DNA from: Octopus bimaculoides | Taxonomy: Eukaryota | DNA: 33,808 nucleotides | Reading direction: 5' to 3' | Assembly (NCBI RefSeq): GCF_001194135.2 | Contig: NC_068984.1 | Location: 34,866,815 to 34,900,622 of the forward strand | Shown: piece after piece, positions 11,671 through 24,961 of the stretch | Layout: every line of letters begins with the position of its first letter | Numbering within the stretch: the stretch's first letter is position 1 | Translations under genes and position numbers: made by a program | Notes under the pieces: model-generated | What the model was told of the DNA's origin: nothing | The model's input: only the letters and a program-made list of their open reading frames with translations | Database searches by the model: none

Positions 11671-12044
11671 TATAAGACAGTAAAAATGCACTTAATTTCT
11701 GCGGGCTAACATGAAGAAGAGTAACAAAACTGAGTTATTTTCAGAGGAGAAGACCAAATGGAGTATATTTCCCGAAAAATCTATTTAACAGAAAATGTAA
11801 AACTACATTTATTATGAAAATGTATGATTTCACCAGGTCTAATATTGAAGCGTTGAAAATAAGAGACAGATAGTTATGCCCCGCATATACAATAGATTGG
11901 CGTGAGATTTGATCCTCAGACGATTTGTGTCATAATATATTGTATGCCATAAGCGATTAAATCGAAAGAATCGTTCACCTGGCCAGCAACACTCGCTGAA
12001 ATGTGACAAGTGGCAGAGACTAACATCAGCTCTAGAATATAAGA

Positions 12045-12250
12045 CCACACACACACACACACACATAGACACACACACACACACACGCATGCACACACAA
12101 ACACACACAAATACGCAGGCATAGATAAATAGTTACCTAAATCGATAGATAGAGAGAGAGAGAGATAGTTAGATAGACAGATAGATAGATACATACATAC
12201 ATACATACATAAATACATACATACATACATAATGCATATATACATACATA
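12045..12250. repeat. Compound (CA)n-(GA)n-(GATA)n-(TACA)n microsatellite
   Basis: Read directly. Confidence 0.9.
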
Positions 12251-12933
12251 CTTACAAAGAAGAAAATGAGAGCAGAAGGGGGATACCTTTCAGATAATTT
12301 AAACAATGAAAAGCTAATTTAGCAGCAGACAATGTTTTGAACATATGCAATGCACTATTTTCATATTCAGGAATTGATTTTTCTATAAAGTGTTATGTTT
12401 TATTAAAGTTGTAACACGTTGTTGTGTTAATAATAAAGCGCATATTTATCATCGATTTTGTTCGTCTATTCTTTACCAATATTTAATTTACAATACAAAA
12501 AAGAACTATTTAAAGAAAATAATCAATCAAGCTCTTCAGCTTGTTGAATAACGTTAGTGAATTCGTGACGTTTTATTCAAAGACATTTCCCTGTTTGCAG
12601 TCTCATCTGAATCAGTTTGTGAGAATCAGTACACTCATTCACCATTTCTATCATTATTACATATGTGATTGTATTCATAATGTTATCTGTAAAATTTATC
12701 TTCCATATGCATTCACTATGCTAATTAGAATTTATGCGTGCAAATACAATATATGTATGTGCGTGTCTATGTGTGTATAATATCTTCGTAAAAAATACAG
12801 ATGCACGCAACAAAACAGCAACCACTTGTTTTATCTAATATATATGCTTTACAGGGAACATGTATTGTTTTGTGTATAAGCGTGTTTAAAATTATCTATA
12901 AAACGCAAATAAGATTTGCGTTGTATATATAAA

Positions 12934-12993
12934 AGATAGCATTTAGAAACATTAATATAGAAACAGAGATAGCATTTAGAAACATTAATATAG
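12934..12993. repeat. 27-bp perfect direct repeat, two copies, 6-bp spacer
   Basis: agatagcatttagaaacattaatatag at 12934-12960 and 12967-12993. Confidence 0.9.
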
Positions 12994-13009
12994 CTATTAC
13001 CTATTACCT

Positions 13010-13305
13010 TAAGTTTGCTTCAGTCTTTTCATTGCGGCCATAATGGGACATCCCTTAGAAGGGTTTAATCCGACAAATCATTACTAATACTTATAATATC
13101 GGCCTCTTTTCGTCGATTACGGGGAAGTAAACATACCAACACCGGCTAAAAAGCCGTGTGACAGACAAATGCATCCAAATACCCACACATACAATAACAC
13201 AAACACACACATGCACAAACAGTGACACACACAAACACATATATACACGAAGAGCTTCCTTCAGTCTCCCTTTATAAGATCAACTTGAAAGTCTTTCGTC
13301 GGAAT
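13010..13305 (-). mobile_element. SINE family B, strongly decayed
   Basis: ttcagtc...ttgcggccat...tatcggcctctttt...ttacggggaagtaaacataccaacaccgg...(CA)-rich linker...gcttccttcagtctcc. Confidence 0.6.
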
Positions 13306-13790
13306 ATAATTTGAATAAATTATGACATTTGTATAGCTGTCAATGAAGAAATATATCCTCAAAATATATTTCCCTCTGTCACTCTTCATCATCAATATTC
13401 AATATTCTTGAACAACTACTTTATTGTACTCAATTGGAATATATGTAATATGGAGCCAGGGTTCAGCTGTTTATAGCCCAAGAATGACGCAAACACAAAG
13501 GTTGCCTTAAATCTTAAGGCGAACTAGTAAACAGTTGAAAAGATTTCAAAATGCATCTGTATATTATCTATTATCTCAAAATAACGTGTAAAATTTATAT
13601 GAAAGTATATATCTACGCATCAGTCTGTGTACCAGTAGATATAAATTACTCGGCTTCTAGTTTCTCTGAAATATCATTTTCTCTGCTTCACACGCACATA
13701 AACATTATCGTGCTACATTTTTTCTTTAAATTGTAGGCTATGAAGCAAGCACATTCACAATTAAAGAAGTATATCAATATAACACCACAG

Positions 13791-13791
<1 letters not shown>

Positions 13792-13870
<79 letters not shown>

Positions 13871-13905
13871 TGTGTTTGTGTATGTGTGCGTGTGTGTGTG
13901 TCTGT
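13792..13905. repeat. (TA)n-(TG)n microsatellite
   Basis: Read directly. Confidence 0.95.
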
Positions 13906-14516
13906 GTATCGTATTAGCAACAGAAATTATTATTCCCTTTCGCATCTCAGACAAGTAAACACATTGATTCAAAGTTTAGAGGCAAATAAGTAAAACTGAT
14001 ATAAAATCAGTATACGTTTTGTAATGCTTTATCTAGAACAATATTAGTCATGTATTACTAATAATCTACCACATTTTTTATTTCTTTATTCAAGACACTG
14101 TATATATTCGTACAACAAAAACTATCTAAATTGATATGTTAAAAGGTAAAAACAACATTGAACTGAGCTAAATATTATAATCTTTATTAATTTGTCTAAC
14201 CATTCCACTGTTTTACTCGTGTTTATCTAGTGTTTTCAGGAAAAAAAAAATATTTGAATGTAAAAGTAATACAGAAGCATGTTGCATTTCCTCGTACATG
14301 TTCTCATCTGTTCCTTTGCACCTACACCCATACAGATATGTTATAAACAGAAACGCGGGCGCGCACACATAAACATACATACAAACAAACATGTATATAC
14401 ATATATAATATATGTTTGTATATAAAGCCAGTATTTATAATATGGAAACATGTTGCTTTCATGATCAGTATAATAATTGTTATAATTATCAATATTGTAA
14501 AATAGCATCATTAGAT

Positions 14517-14574
<58 letters not shown>

Positions 14575-14645
14575 CAGCAGCAGTGGTGAAAGCGGCGGTG
14601 GTGGCAGCGGTGTTGGAGGTGTTGTTGGTGATGGTGGTGGTGGTA
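14517..14645. repeat. Compound (AGT)n-(AGC)-(GGT/GGC) trinucleotide repeat
   Basis: Read directly. Gives the poly-L/poly-P and poly-V ORFs. Confidence 0.93.
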
Positions 14646-15371
14646 ACTCTCCTTTGTAAACGGAATATAAATACATGAGAGATGGATTACCCTTTGTATT
14701 TCTCAAAGACCTGAATTCACAAACGTAAAATACCCAATATTATATTCAAACTGAGCAACCAACATTTCGTTCATTTCTCAGTCTAAAATTGTGTACCTAT
14801 GCCAACGCGTCTACGAACAACTGGTGAAATCTTTAGTACTAAGTAATATGAAAAGTACGTAAATAAAATATGTGACTACGTGATTTTTTTGGACGCATCT
14901 CTGTAAGCCTAAAATGGAATGAAGTTTTCTTGAAATACCATATATATGTGTAGTTTCAGGTGAGGAATTCTTTCCTATTTAAAAAAAAATCGGTTAATAG
15001 CAAGGAAGAAAATTATGTTTCATTAATTTATCTTGTTTACTTATTTACCATTGTAATATACATAGTAGATTGTGAAGAATAATCTCTTGGCTAGAGATAT
15101 TTAACGCAGCAATCGGGACTTCATTACGCATATTGTGGTAAATTTTCTATCGGAGTATCTAGGCATTGTACAAACTACAAGGAAATTTTGCGTACATATA
15201 TCAATGAATGATATATACATTTATTTATACACAGATGGCTATAAGTCGCATTAACCATATCTTTATAATTATTATAAATGGGTAAATCGAATTATGGCCA
15301 TCCTTGTATATTCCTCTAACAATTCCGACGAAAAAAACATTAGTCAGCCCAAAGATATATTTGATGAGACT

Positions 15372-15440
15372 TGCTGAAAGTGTCACAGAATCGGATGGAA
15401 TCCAGAAACATGTGGTTGCGAAGCGAACTTTTTACCTATA
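15372..15440 (-). mobile_element. SINE family B-like head fragment
   Basis: gaatccagaaacatgtggttgcgaagcgaactttttacctatag resembles the reverse head gaacccggaaccatgtggttgggaagcaagcttcttaccac seen at 24905-24950. Confidence 0.45.
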
Positions 15441-15630
15441 GAATACATTGCATATGTTGACTAAAGAAATTATACACGAAATCATTTTCTTAATATTTTG
15501 TATCTTGGAGATTTGGGAATTAAAGAATTGTGAAATAGATCAACCGAATGTTTTGTTTCTTACTATCATTTACTTCATTTTCTTTTATATTTTTCTGATA
15601 CGTCAATATCCGTAATACGTCAGTGTTTTG

Positions 15631-15863
15631 NNNNNNNNNNNNNNNNNNNNNNNNNNNNNNNNNNNNNNNNNNNNNNNNNNNNNNNNNNNNNNNNNNNNNN
15701 NNNNNNNNNNNNNNNNNNNNNNNNNNNNNNNNNNNNNNNNNNNNNNNNNNNNNNNNNNNNNNNNNNNNNNNNNNNNNNNNNNNNNNNNNNNNNNNNNNNN
15801 NNNNNNNNNNNNNNNNNNNNNNNNNNNNNNNNNNNNNNNNNNNNNNNNNNNNNNNNNNNNNNN
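15631..15863. other. Assembly gap (233 N)
   Basis: N run followed by a (TA)n tract. Confidence 0.98.
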
Positions 15864-17667
15864 ATATATATATATATATATATATATATACATTTATATA
15901 AACATATAGATATATATATATACACGCATACATCTATGTATAATATACATGTATATACGCACAACTATACATATAGAAAGGCATATATACACACACACAT
16001 ATATAGGGAAATATATATATACAAATATATAAACAGTATAAACATATATATATATATATATTACATACACATACACACACACGTACACACACATATATGC
16101 AGATATATACGCATTTAGAGTTACACCTATACATACATAAATACTCAGTATACCTGGCCATTTTAATATGTGTGCGTATGTGCGTGTATGTTCATGGTCA
16201 ATTGTTTGTGTTTATATGTAACGGCAAAAATCTGCGGTTGCGTCAATGCAAATTGTATGACGATGATCATTCATTTTAGGTTTACTTTACGTCATAATGA
16301 ATAGTCAACACACTTATAAAAGAATTTCTCTTGCTCTGGCTATCAGAGGTGAAATGAAATGTAATGCTAGCATGACTGAATGAGAGGAAACAAGCTATAC
16401 TCGAAATCTCTTTGACACCTACTTCGCTCCGTTTATAACTTTGGTGTATGTTTGATGGTTTGATGGTGTTGCTCATCAGTCGTCTGACATTTGCTTTATG
16501 CACTAAGAATGTAGCTATACTGCCGCAAACTGACACAAACTCACACATGCGTACATATATATGTATATATAACTGACACGGAATTTGGTTAAAATAGTAC
16601 AAGAAAGTGTTTAGTAAGTTAGGGTTATGAAGTGTGTTGGAGACGAACAGATATTTATAGATCTATAGCGCATTTAATAGAGATTACCGCATTTGTACAA
16701 GCATTATAGCCATCGATTCACGAAGGTTGGTGATGATACGATGTTAGAACAAAGTTAGAATAAATATTTTGCGGCCGTTTACATTGTCCATGTAAGAAAA
16801 TGGAGCGACTAGTACCACTCAATTTTCTGATTTAAAAATGTTTTATTTGGCTCTTGTTAAGCGATAGCTCATACTACAAAGCAATTCTTCATAGCTTCCT
16901 GCATGTAAAACCACGTAGCACAAAAGTATCAAGAAACGAAAAAAAGAAAAACATACTAATACACATGGTCAAGCATGATTACGCTTCAGAGGCTCATCAC
17001 GAAGCTAAATATGCGGATTTCAAGCGAAGAAGTAGTTCAGCTGAGACAATGAACAAAAACATGACGAAGCAGGTTATTAATATTCCTGATACTTCATTAT
17101 GTACCTTTCAGTAATCATCAATCAATCAAGTCGATATATGCCGTCTGATGGAATGAAGGTTAACCAATATCAGCTATATGTACTTCATTACTACGTTATA
17201 GATCCGGTCTACATTGACGCTTGGTAGACTGCATTATACGGGATTAGGCGTTTAACGTAACAAAACCTTTTTTTAGCCCTAATTGCTATGGAAATTTGAC
17301 GTGCATGGAGCAACAACTTACTATGTATATATAAATATATAAGTACACACAATACACAATGATATACATAAATACTTACACACACACATGCACACATAGA
17401 GAGAGTACTACACTCTTATCGTCTGACGTTATGCGGTTACACGCGCAAATATATGACACAAAACAAACCACCAAATGCTTGGATACTTATCGATATGTGT
17501 ATGCCAATATGAATATACGCATATTTATGCAAATATATAGTGAAGGGGGTAGGTAGGGAGAGATAGAATGAGAGGCAGAGAGAAAGAGCGAAATAGAGAG
17601 ATACATATATTAATATGTAGTTGAATACGCAGGTAGACAACACGAATGTGCATATATATAGTGTGTA

Positions 17668-17669
17668 CA

Positions 17670-17767
<98 letters not shown>
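17668..17767. repeat. Long (TG)n microsatellite
   Basis: About 100 bp of near-pure TG. Confidence 0.95.
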
Positions 17768-17768
<1 letters not shown>

Positions 17769-20166
17769 TAATTAGTGTCGAAAATAACGTGTGCAATAAA
17801 TTGCTGTCATGAAATGGGCACCTTTGAAGAAATTGTGAAATACTTACAACTGAGCGTAAGAGAAGCTAAACGATTGCAACCATGTAAATTGCAGAGGAAA
17901 GCAACATACACGTTAAAAGAAAAGGAATACAAAGGGGAAGATGATATTAGTATTATGTTTTTAATTTGGTACCGAATTATACAATTGGATGGGAGTACAT
18001 ATATAGGCCATCAGCTAAAATATAGATAATTATCGAAGGTTATAAAAACTGAAGCATGATCTAAGAGACAGAAATGCGTACACGATATATGCAAATATGG
18101 CAGTACACATAATATAACACATCAACCTACATAAAGTTATCTTACGAGAGAAAAAAAGGTGCTGAGTTAGAAGATTGCATCTTATCTTCTGCAGACTAAC
18201 TATAGTGGAAGATAGGATAGACAAATAAAGATAGATAGGGGCAGAATATTACAAAGCGAAAGAGGGATGATAGAATGATTAAATCGTACAAAGATGATAG
18301 AAATTTTGAGAGAGAGGGGGGAGCGAAAGGGAGAGAGAAGGGGAACGGGAGATAAAAATAGGTGAAGGATTCGGGAAAGATATTTTTAATAGTAGTAGAC
18401 GAGATGAGAACTTCAACCGGTAACACCACCTTAGCTAATTCGTAGCTCCATATTAACCATGCTGCGACGCGGCTAAGCTCATGTATCAATGAACATATCC
18501 TCATTTATTCGTAGATAGCGTTGATAACATTATTAGACAGATATTTCAATTTTAAGATATTGATGGTTGATTTTAACTATATTTGGTTGCTATATGTACT
18601 ATGTTCAGCGATAGAGGTTTCATATTCGTGTCATGTCACACTTATTGCCGACGTGTGCCATGTCACATGTATTGTTGACGTGCCGTATATACATGTTAAA
18701 ACATACATACACACAAACTCGAACACACACAATACACTCACACATACATACACATACATATATGTGAACTTTAAGTTAATTATAATATGTTTGTGACATA
18801 GTTTAATTTCTAAAGACAAATTTACTGCATTTCACGTGCAGAAAAAAATTCTCTTATGGTAAAAGATGTAAAAACGCCATATGTATAACACGAAACATTA
18901 ATGGTCTTGCTAAATCTTTGACGATGATTATAATATATTGGAACATCAACATGTACAGAAGAACATTTTTTTGGCAGTAACATAACTTGGGAGAAAAAAA
19001 AGAATTTGTGCAAGTATATTAATACGTGTTCCCGAGTACATTTATGCGTGTCAGTGTGTTTAAGTTTAACTGTGTGTCACAATATGTGCATATGCGTAAA
19101 ATTAAAAGTATTACATTTAATTAAAGAACACCTCGTTGGAAGAGCAACAGCGCATATACTCCCTTATTATATGCAAGCTGAAAAATTACTAATATGTGTG
19201 ACTCATTGAAGCATTGAAAACAGGAGACAAACAAACCATATTTGCTAGGATAAACTGTTAATGATAATTAGATTATATCTTTGTATATAAAGGAGCTCAT
19301 TCACTTATATACTACACAAACGGGGAAATATATGCTATGATGAAAACACGAATGTGTTCTTCTAAGTTATATTTCAAAATATACATATCGTGATTTCTAC
19401 GATATGACACCTTCATCTTCTAAAGGAAGTAATGTTGGCGTGTTAGCTCCCATATTTACTCATCGCAGGAGCAATACGTTTCATTTAGATATCATTGAAA
19501 GAATAAATATTTTCCAACTCTTACATTTATTAAGAGACCGCGTAAGCATCTGACTTTCTGCGTCCACGTTGGGTGTTCATTTATCTGTGAGACCTGTGTA
19601 TTTTGTATGTGTGTCTATTTTACTATTACGCAGTGCTATGACAATTCGTTCATCATTAATTGCCTAACTATATGGGCAAATTTTTTAGTAATTCTATGCT
19701 GTCCACAGCTATTTTTTTGACAAAACATAATCCCGATATCTTGTGCTTCAATCGTTTTGGGAATATAACAGTCATTCGTTATACACTTACAAATTTAGTA
19801 GGAAATACACATATATATGTGCATATATCTAATCTATATACTGGCATTGCCACATGTTTTATATATATACGGATACGTGTACTCTATGTGTACTCTTTCT
19901 ATCTCTCAAGATTTCTATGTATACACAATTTTATTTTTATATATTCTTCTTTGTTATATTAACCATAAATCCCTTATGTCGCACTGTGCAATGTTAGATG
20001 ATGTTATTTTACTTTAACACATATAATATATATGTACATGTGCGGATGTATATGTTTATACATATACATGTGTGTGTGTGTTTGTGTGTGTGTGTGCATA
20101 TATATATATATATATTTTTTTTTAGTGTTCGTGCGTTTGTGAACGTGTGCTTCATGCACACACTTA

Positions 20167-20183
20167 NNNNNNNNNNNNNNNNN
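20167..20183. other. Assembly gap (17 N)
   Basis: Short N run whose left flank is duplicated downstream. Confidence 0.98.
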
Positions 20184-20515
20184 ATATATATATATATATA
20201 TATACTTTATTAATAAAGCTGCAAAGGCAATACAAACTATCACTCGAATTTCACATTTCCTTTCGCCGGGCATTTTGTTTGAGAAAACCAAAACTGTCCG
20301 ACGAACGGGAACATGGAACTCTGAGTAACGGTTTTGTGATGTCTTTGCTGGTTTCTTTATAACGCATATTACTCTACCTCCGGTACTGTAGTACTATTTT
20401 TCCACCTTGTTTCACATTTATGCACACACATACACACACTCACCCATATATATATATATATATTTTTTTTTAGTGTTCGTGCGTTTGTGAACGTGTGCTT
20501 CATGCACACACTTAC

Positions 20516-20597
20516 AGACAAAGCGTGTACGCTTGTGGGCATATTTTTTGGTGTGTGTATAATTGCCGGATATTCACTGGTGTATTTAAATTATTGA
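20516..20597 (-). CDS. Candidate internal exon (82 nt)
   Basis: ttttctgatttccgtttcag|...TGTCT|gtaagt; one open frame NNLNTPVNIRQLYTHQKICPQAYTLCL. Confidence 0.2.
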
Positions 20598-23053
20598 CTG
20601 AAACGGAAATCAGAAAATTGTGGTGTATGATAAGATCTATCCCGCTTTGGAGTTTGAACGGCAATAAAATAGACTGGCATACACGCACACATACGCACAC
20701 ACACATAGTTAGTGAGAGAGGAAATAGAATAAAAAGACATGGAAGAGATTGAAAAAGTTAAAAATATTAAACCAAACTAAGCGTAACGTAAATAATTGAC
20801 AGCAAATCCTGAAGAAATTGAAGCAATGAGAATAAGTAAGAGTGAAAATGTTAAAATGAGAATAGATAAAGAAATAAAACTTAACTGGAAATTGAGCATT
20901 GATATAATAAATGGTTTTCTGAAAAACGCAACTTAATGAATGAAAAATATATGAGTTGGAAATATGGGGGAACAAGAAAGAAAGGGGAGATATATGTAAT
21001 GAGTCGTATAGCTATTGAATTGAAAATAAATAAATTGTAAAGAAATACATTTTAAAAAAATATAGACAAAGTGAGAGTTATAGAAAGATAGAAAGTTAAA
21101 GAAAATGTGAGAGCGTATGATAGAAAGAGAATATGAGGGAGATACGAATAGAAGTGGTGTGAAAAAGAAAATGAGGGAGAGAGTGAGAGGGAGGCAATAG
21201 TAAATGATCAGACATACAATATAGTGAACAAGAGATATATCTCGGGAATAGGAGAAGAGATTCGATTATAATGAGAACGAAAATCGAAATCAATAAAGGA
21301 AGCTATGCTGCCAGAGAATAGATTCGTTAGAGGTTTGACGAAATGGTTGGAAACAATAAAACATATTGGCTTCCAGCACGATAGATCGGCTCCATGGGAA
21401 GGAGCAGAACACTCATTCTATGCATGTATGAGTTATGGAGGGGGTTTTTACTCACAAACGCGTGCACGTACATGCATGCGTGTGCGTTTGTGTGTGTGAG
21501 TGTCTGAAACGGGAGTTTTCGTCTAGGTATTGATCTGTATACACATACATAGGTATATATACGTATGTGCATGTATTTAAATGTGAATGCATGTATGTAC
21601 AAATGCTTATATGCTTCCCATCTTGTAGACAAAATGTTTCTTATCAGAGATACTATCACTTCATTGTGCGTTGACAGTCTTCCTTTGTGCAAGCTAACAT
21701 TGTCATTAATAGGTCTAAATGCGTGGCCGTATCCTCGAAAAAAGATATCTTCCGCCCACACAAAATTCGTTCATTGCGTTATTGATATATTTGCTAAGGT
21801 GTCCAACAATATCCATTCCTTCGTAGATAATTTCTCTTCCACATTCCTAAGCTTCCTGTATATAAATTTCTTCTTCGGGCAAACTGCTCAGCAGCAATCT
21901 TTAAATCCATCCTTACATAAAGGATTCAAAAATTCAGTTTCTACATTTATGATGCATACAAACATACACATCACCCTAACGATAGATGACTAATGGAAAG
22001 GCAGGTCAAATAACTACTAATGCTTGGGCTGTCAAACCATCAAACACTTAGTTAGTCGGAGGCTAAGAACAGCAACCATAGCGTTTTAAAGGTTCTCTGC
22101 GAGATTTGAGTGAGAGAAGGAGAAAGAGAGACAGACAAAGTCAGAGACAGAGGGACAGAAAGAGCGAGAGTGTGAGAGAGATGAGGAATCCTTGGTATAT
22201 GACATATTCTCTGATCAAATATTAGACCCATAACTGTGGAAAACGACTTGGATATACTTGATTAAAATGTGGAATATTATTACAGTAATTTACTCTTTTT
22301 TTAGTAAAGGTATGTGTAGATGTAGTATGACCAAGAGAGTAATTATTGTGCTATGGTGATGCACATATAAGTGATATATTTCCTTATATGCACAACAATT
22401 CAGTAAATTATAAATATTAGGGTGCAAAATCACCTGGGTATCTAAGTTTAAGTTATATTACTAGGAGAAAGTGCAACTACATATAGAAACTCAATTCTTG
22501 ATTCATTCTGAGTTACATTAAAATGGACAGCGTCAATAGAAATCGTTGCATTCAATACTGCATCTATCCAACCGTCTGAATAACGTACTATGAAAATCAT
22601 TGCTAGTGTCTATTTCACACTATGAAACAGTAATAAATTCAATTCATTCTCGAAGCATCACATCACAAAAGGTATGAGTAATATTCAAGAAGGATTTATA
22701 AATAACCGATAGCTGCTTCCGGTGCAAGTTAATCAAATGCTTGGTCAGTGAGAGTCAACAAAGGATTCAGGAAAATTCAAATATTATTCAATTCGATAGC
22801 TCCATTCAATATGATCACTTTATGCTTAACCATGTACTAATTTGTTTGCATTCATTTATTATTATTTTGTTTTTGTTATCTATTTTCACCGTTTCATAAT
22901 TTCATTTTCTACTCTAAAATGTTTACATTTGTGATCAATTGATGATATCTTGTATCATGCACCTACGGATCATCGATATATAGAATTTGCACCACATAAG
23001 TGGGTATACAAACACACCACCCATACCGGTTACAACTAAATTGGCATAAATAC

Positions 23054-23055
<2 letters not shown>

Positions 23056-23106
<51 letters not shown>

Positions 23107-23160
23107 CATATATATGTGTACGTATATATGTATATGTATACACACTCACACACACGCACA
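23056..23160. repeat. (TA)n microsatellite with TA/CA flanks
   Basis: Read directly. Confidence 0.9.
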
Positions 23161-23963
23161 TATATATGCCGGCGTGTGAGTCTCTGTGTGTTGCTGATGT
23201 GTGTCTATGTGAGTGTGTATGCACTTGTGTATACGCTTGATCGCATTTACAAATGCCTATTATCATAACGATACGCATATAAGCTGCAGTACTGAAGAGT
23301 TATATGGATTTTCATATTTATTGTCATCTCGCTCTCTAAAGTATAGAAACAAAAGAAACGTTAACATTTTAAAAGGAACTATGATACGTGCAGTGAAGAA
23401 CTGATTAGCATAAAACTGTAACTTATGATTCGAGTGCCAGAAGAGGTGTATGTTTGTGCTTACGCTTCGTATGTATGATGTATGTATGTGTGTATACGAG
23501 TAGTTTCACATATGCATAAATATGTATTATGCATGCACACCGAATATTTTGTTATTTACCTTGAGTGGACCTCTTACATGAGCACATGGTGCATAAAAGT
23601 ACTCATATTTATATCGTTGGCAGATGAAAACCATCTGCTATGGGGGTTGAGATTGAGAGATGACGTGATTTCCAGCTGCCTGGTCTCTTCTATGGGAGAT
23701 ATCCGCTTCGTAATACCCAGCAGGGTTACATGAAAATAATTAACAGTAACAGAAATATTTAACACCAAAAGACAGACCTTGTGTCCAACAAAGCGGGAAT
23801 GTTTCCGTAGACCACTGAATACGGTCTTATTTATATTGAAAGGACCTCTCATACAGACAATACTGTTTCTTTCGGTATGTTGTAAAATGACGGATGCATA
23901 TTTGCAATTCAGAGCCTGAAAAACATTAAAATTATATATATCATTGACAGTGAGATTCGGCTG

Positions 23964-24121
23964 TTATAGCTCTCCCGGACATCTGCCACTGAGGGGAATA
24001 GGCAGGTCGAAATCATGCGGTCTGTCAGTTCTCGTGCCCGTAGCACTCTGCGTCCATATGAGATGTCCTCTCATGGTAAATAACGCAGTATTCGTTGTTC
24101 TATCAAAACATCTATATTGAC
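23964..24121 (-). CDS. Candidate terminal coding exon of an unidentified protein
   Basis: Acceptor ttatttttatgtccag| followed by a phase-1 frame (G)QYRCFDRTTNTALFTMRGHLIWTQSATGTRTDRPHDFDLPIPLSGRCPGEL*. Hand count gives 74/158 G+C (47%), well above the flanks. No family recognised. Plus-strand frames are also open here, so the strand is uncertain. Confidence 0.35.
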
Positions 24122-24336
24122 CTGGACATAAAAATAAGGTTTGCACGCGCGCGAACACACACACGCACACACACACACATGTATGTTTGTATGTATGTAG
24201 GTACGGGTGTGTGCGTGTGCGTATATGCATATATATGTGTGTGTGTGTGTGTGTATGTATATGCACATATATATGTGTGTGTGTGTGCGTGTGTGTATAT
24301 GCATATATATATATGCATACATATATATGTATGCAT

Positions 24337-24556
24337 NNNNNNNNNNNNNNNNNNNNNNNNNNNNNNNNNNNNNNNNNNNNNNNNNNNNNNNNNNNNNNNN
24401 NNNNNNNNNNNNNNNNNNNNNNNNNNNNNNNNNNNNNNNNNNNNNNNNNNNNNNNNNNNNNNNNNNNNNNNNNNNNNNNNNNNNNNNNNNNNNNNNNNNN
24501 NNNNNNNNNNNNNNNNNNNNNNNNNNNNNNNNNNNNNNNNNNNNNNNNNNNNNNNN
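24337..24556. other. Assembly gap (220 N)
   Basis: N run inside a TA/TG tract. Confidence 0.98.
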
Positions 24557-24600
24557 TATATATATATATATATATGCATATACACACAAGCACACACATA

Positions 24601-24961
24601 TTTACCATTTGTTTCAGTCATTTGACTGCAGAGACGCTGGAGCACATCTTTGAATGGACTCAGTCGAAGATACGGCCACCAGGACATATTCTTGTAAGCT
24701 TAATATTTATTTAATCGCTCAATTTTACCGAATCGCTAAGTTCGCACAAACACACATGCACACACACGTACGCACACACACAGACATATATATATAAGAT
24801 GCGTTGCTTTAAGCTTCCGTCTACCAAATCCACTCACAAAGCTGTGGCCGGTCCGAGAGTATAGTAGAAGATACTTGCCGATTATACCACGCACTGAGAC
24901 TGTACCCGGAATCATGTGGTTGGGAAGCAAGCTTCTTACCACATAGCCACGCCTACACCTA
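24601..24961 (-). mobile_element. SINE family B, near full length
   Basis: ttgtttcagtcatttgactgc...ctggagcac...ccaggac...cgctaagtt...ttccgtctaccaaatccactcacaaagc...catgtggttgggaagcaagcttcttaccacatagccacgcctacaccta. The reverse complement has an A-box-like tggctatgtgg. Confidence 0.82.

Noticed and set aside
12934-12993. Repeat-spacer-repeat pattern suggesting CRISPR
   Set aside because: Only two copies with a 6-bp spacer, in eukaryotic DNA with no cas genes.
14341-14706. Poly-P/poly-L and poly-V ORFs resembling a signal or membrane peptide
   Set aside because: They are translations of the (AGT)/(GGT) microsatellite.
14951-14965. Second AG|GT site tagtttcag|gtgagg on the plus strand
   Set aside because: The pyrimidine tract is only 4 nt, which is expected by chance.
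16854-19013. ORFs 16854-17114, 17775-18029 and 18822-19013
   Set aside because: Short, background composition, no motifs, and only partial or ambiguous splice signals.
20716-21310. Long A/G-skewed tract (also 18213-18400) as a triplex (H-DNA) former
   Set aside because: Frequently interrupted by T and without mirror symmetry. It looks like decayed GA/GAAA low-complexity sequence.
21565-21993. 142-aa plus ORF with a nearly open antisense frame
   Set aside because: No recognisable motif on either strand and the 5' end is microsatellite. It may be a decayed repeat, but I cannot support a call.
11067-24961. tRNA-like A/B-box sequences
   Set aside because: They are SINE heads followed by SINE bodies with degenerate boxes. 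I could not build a cloverleaf.
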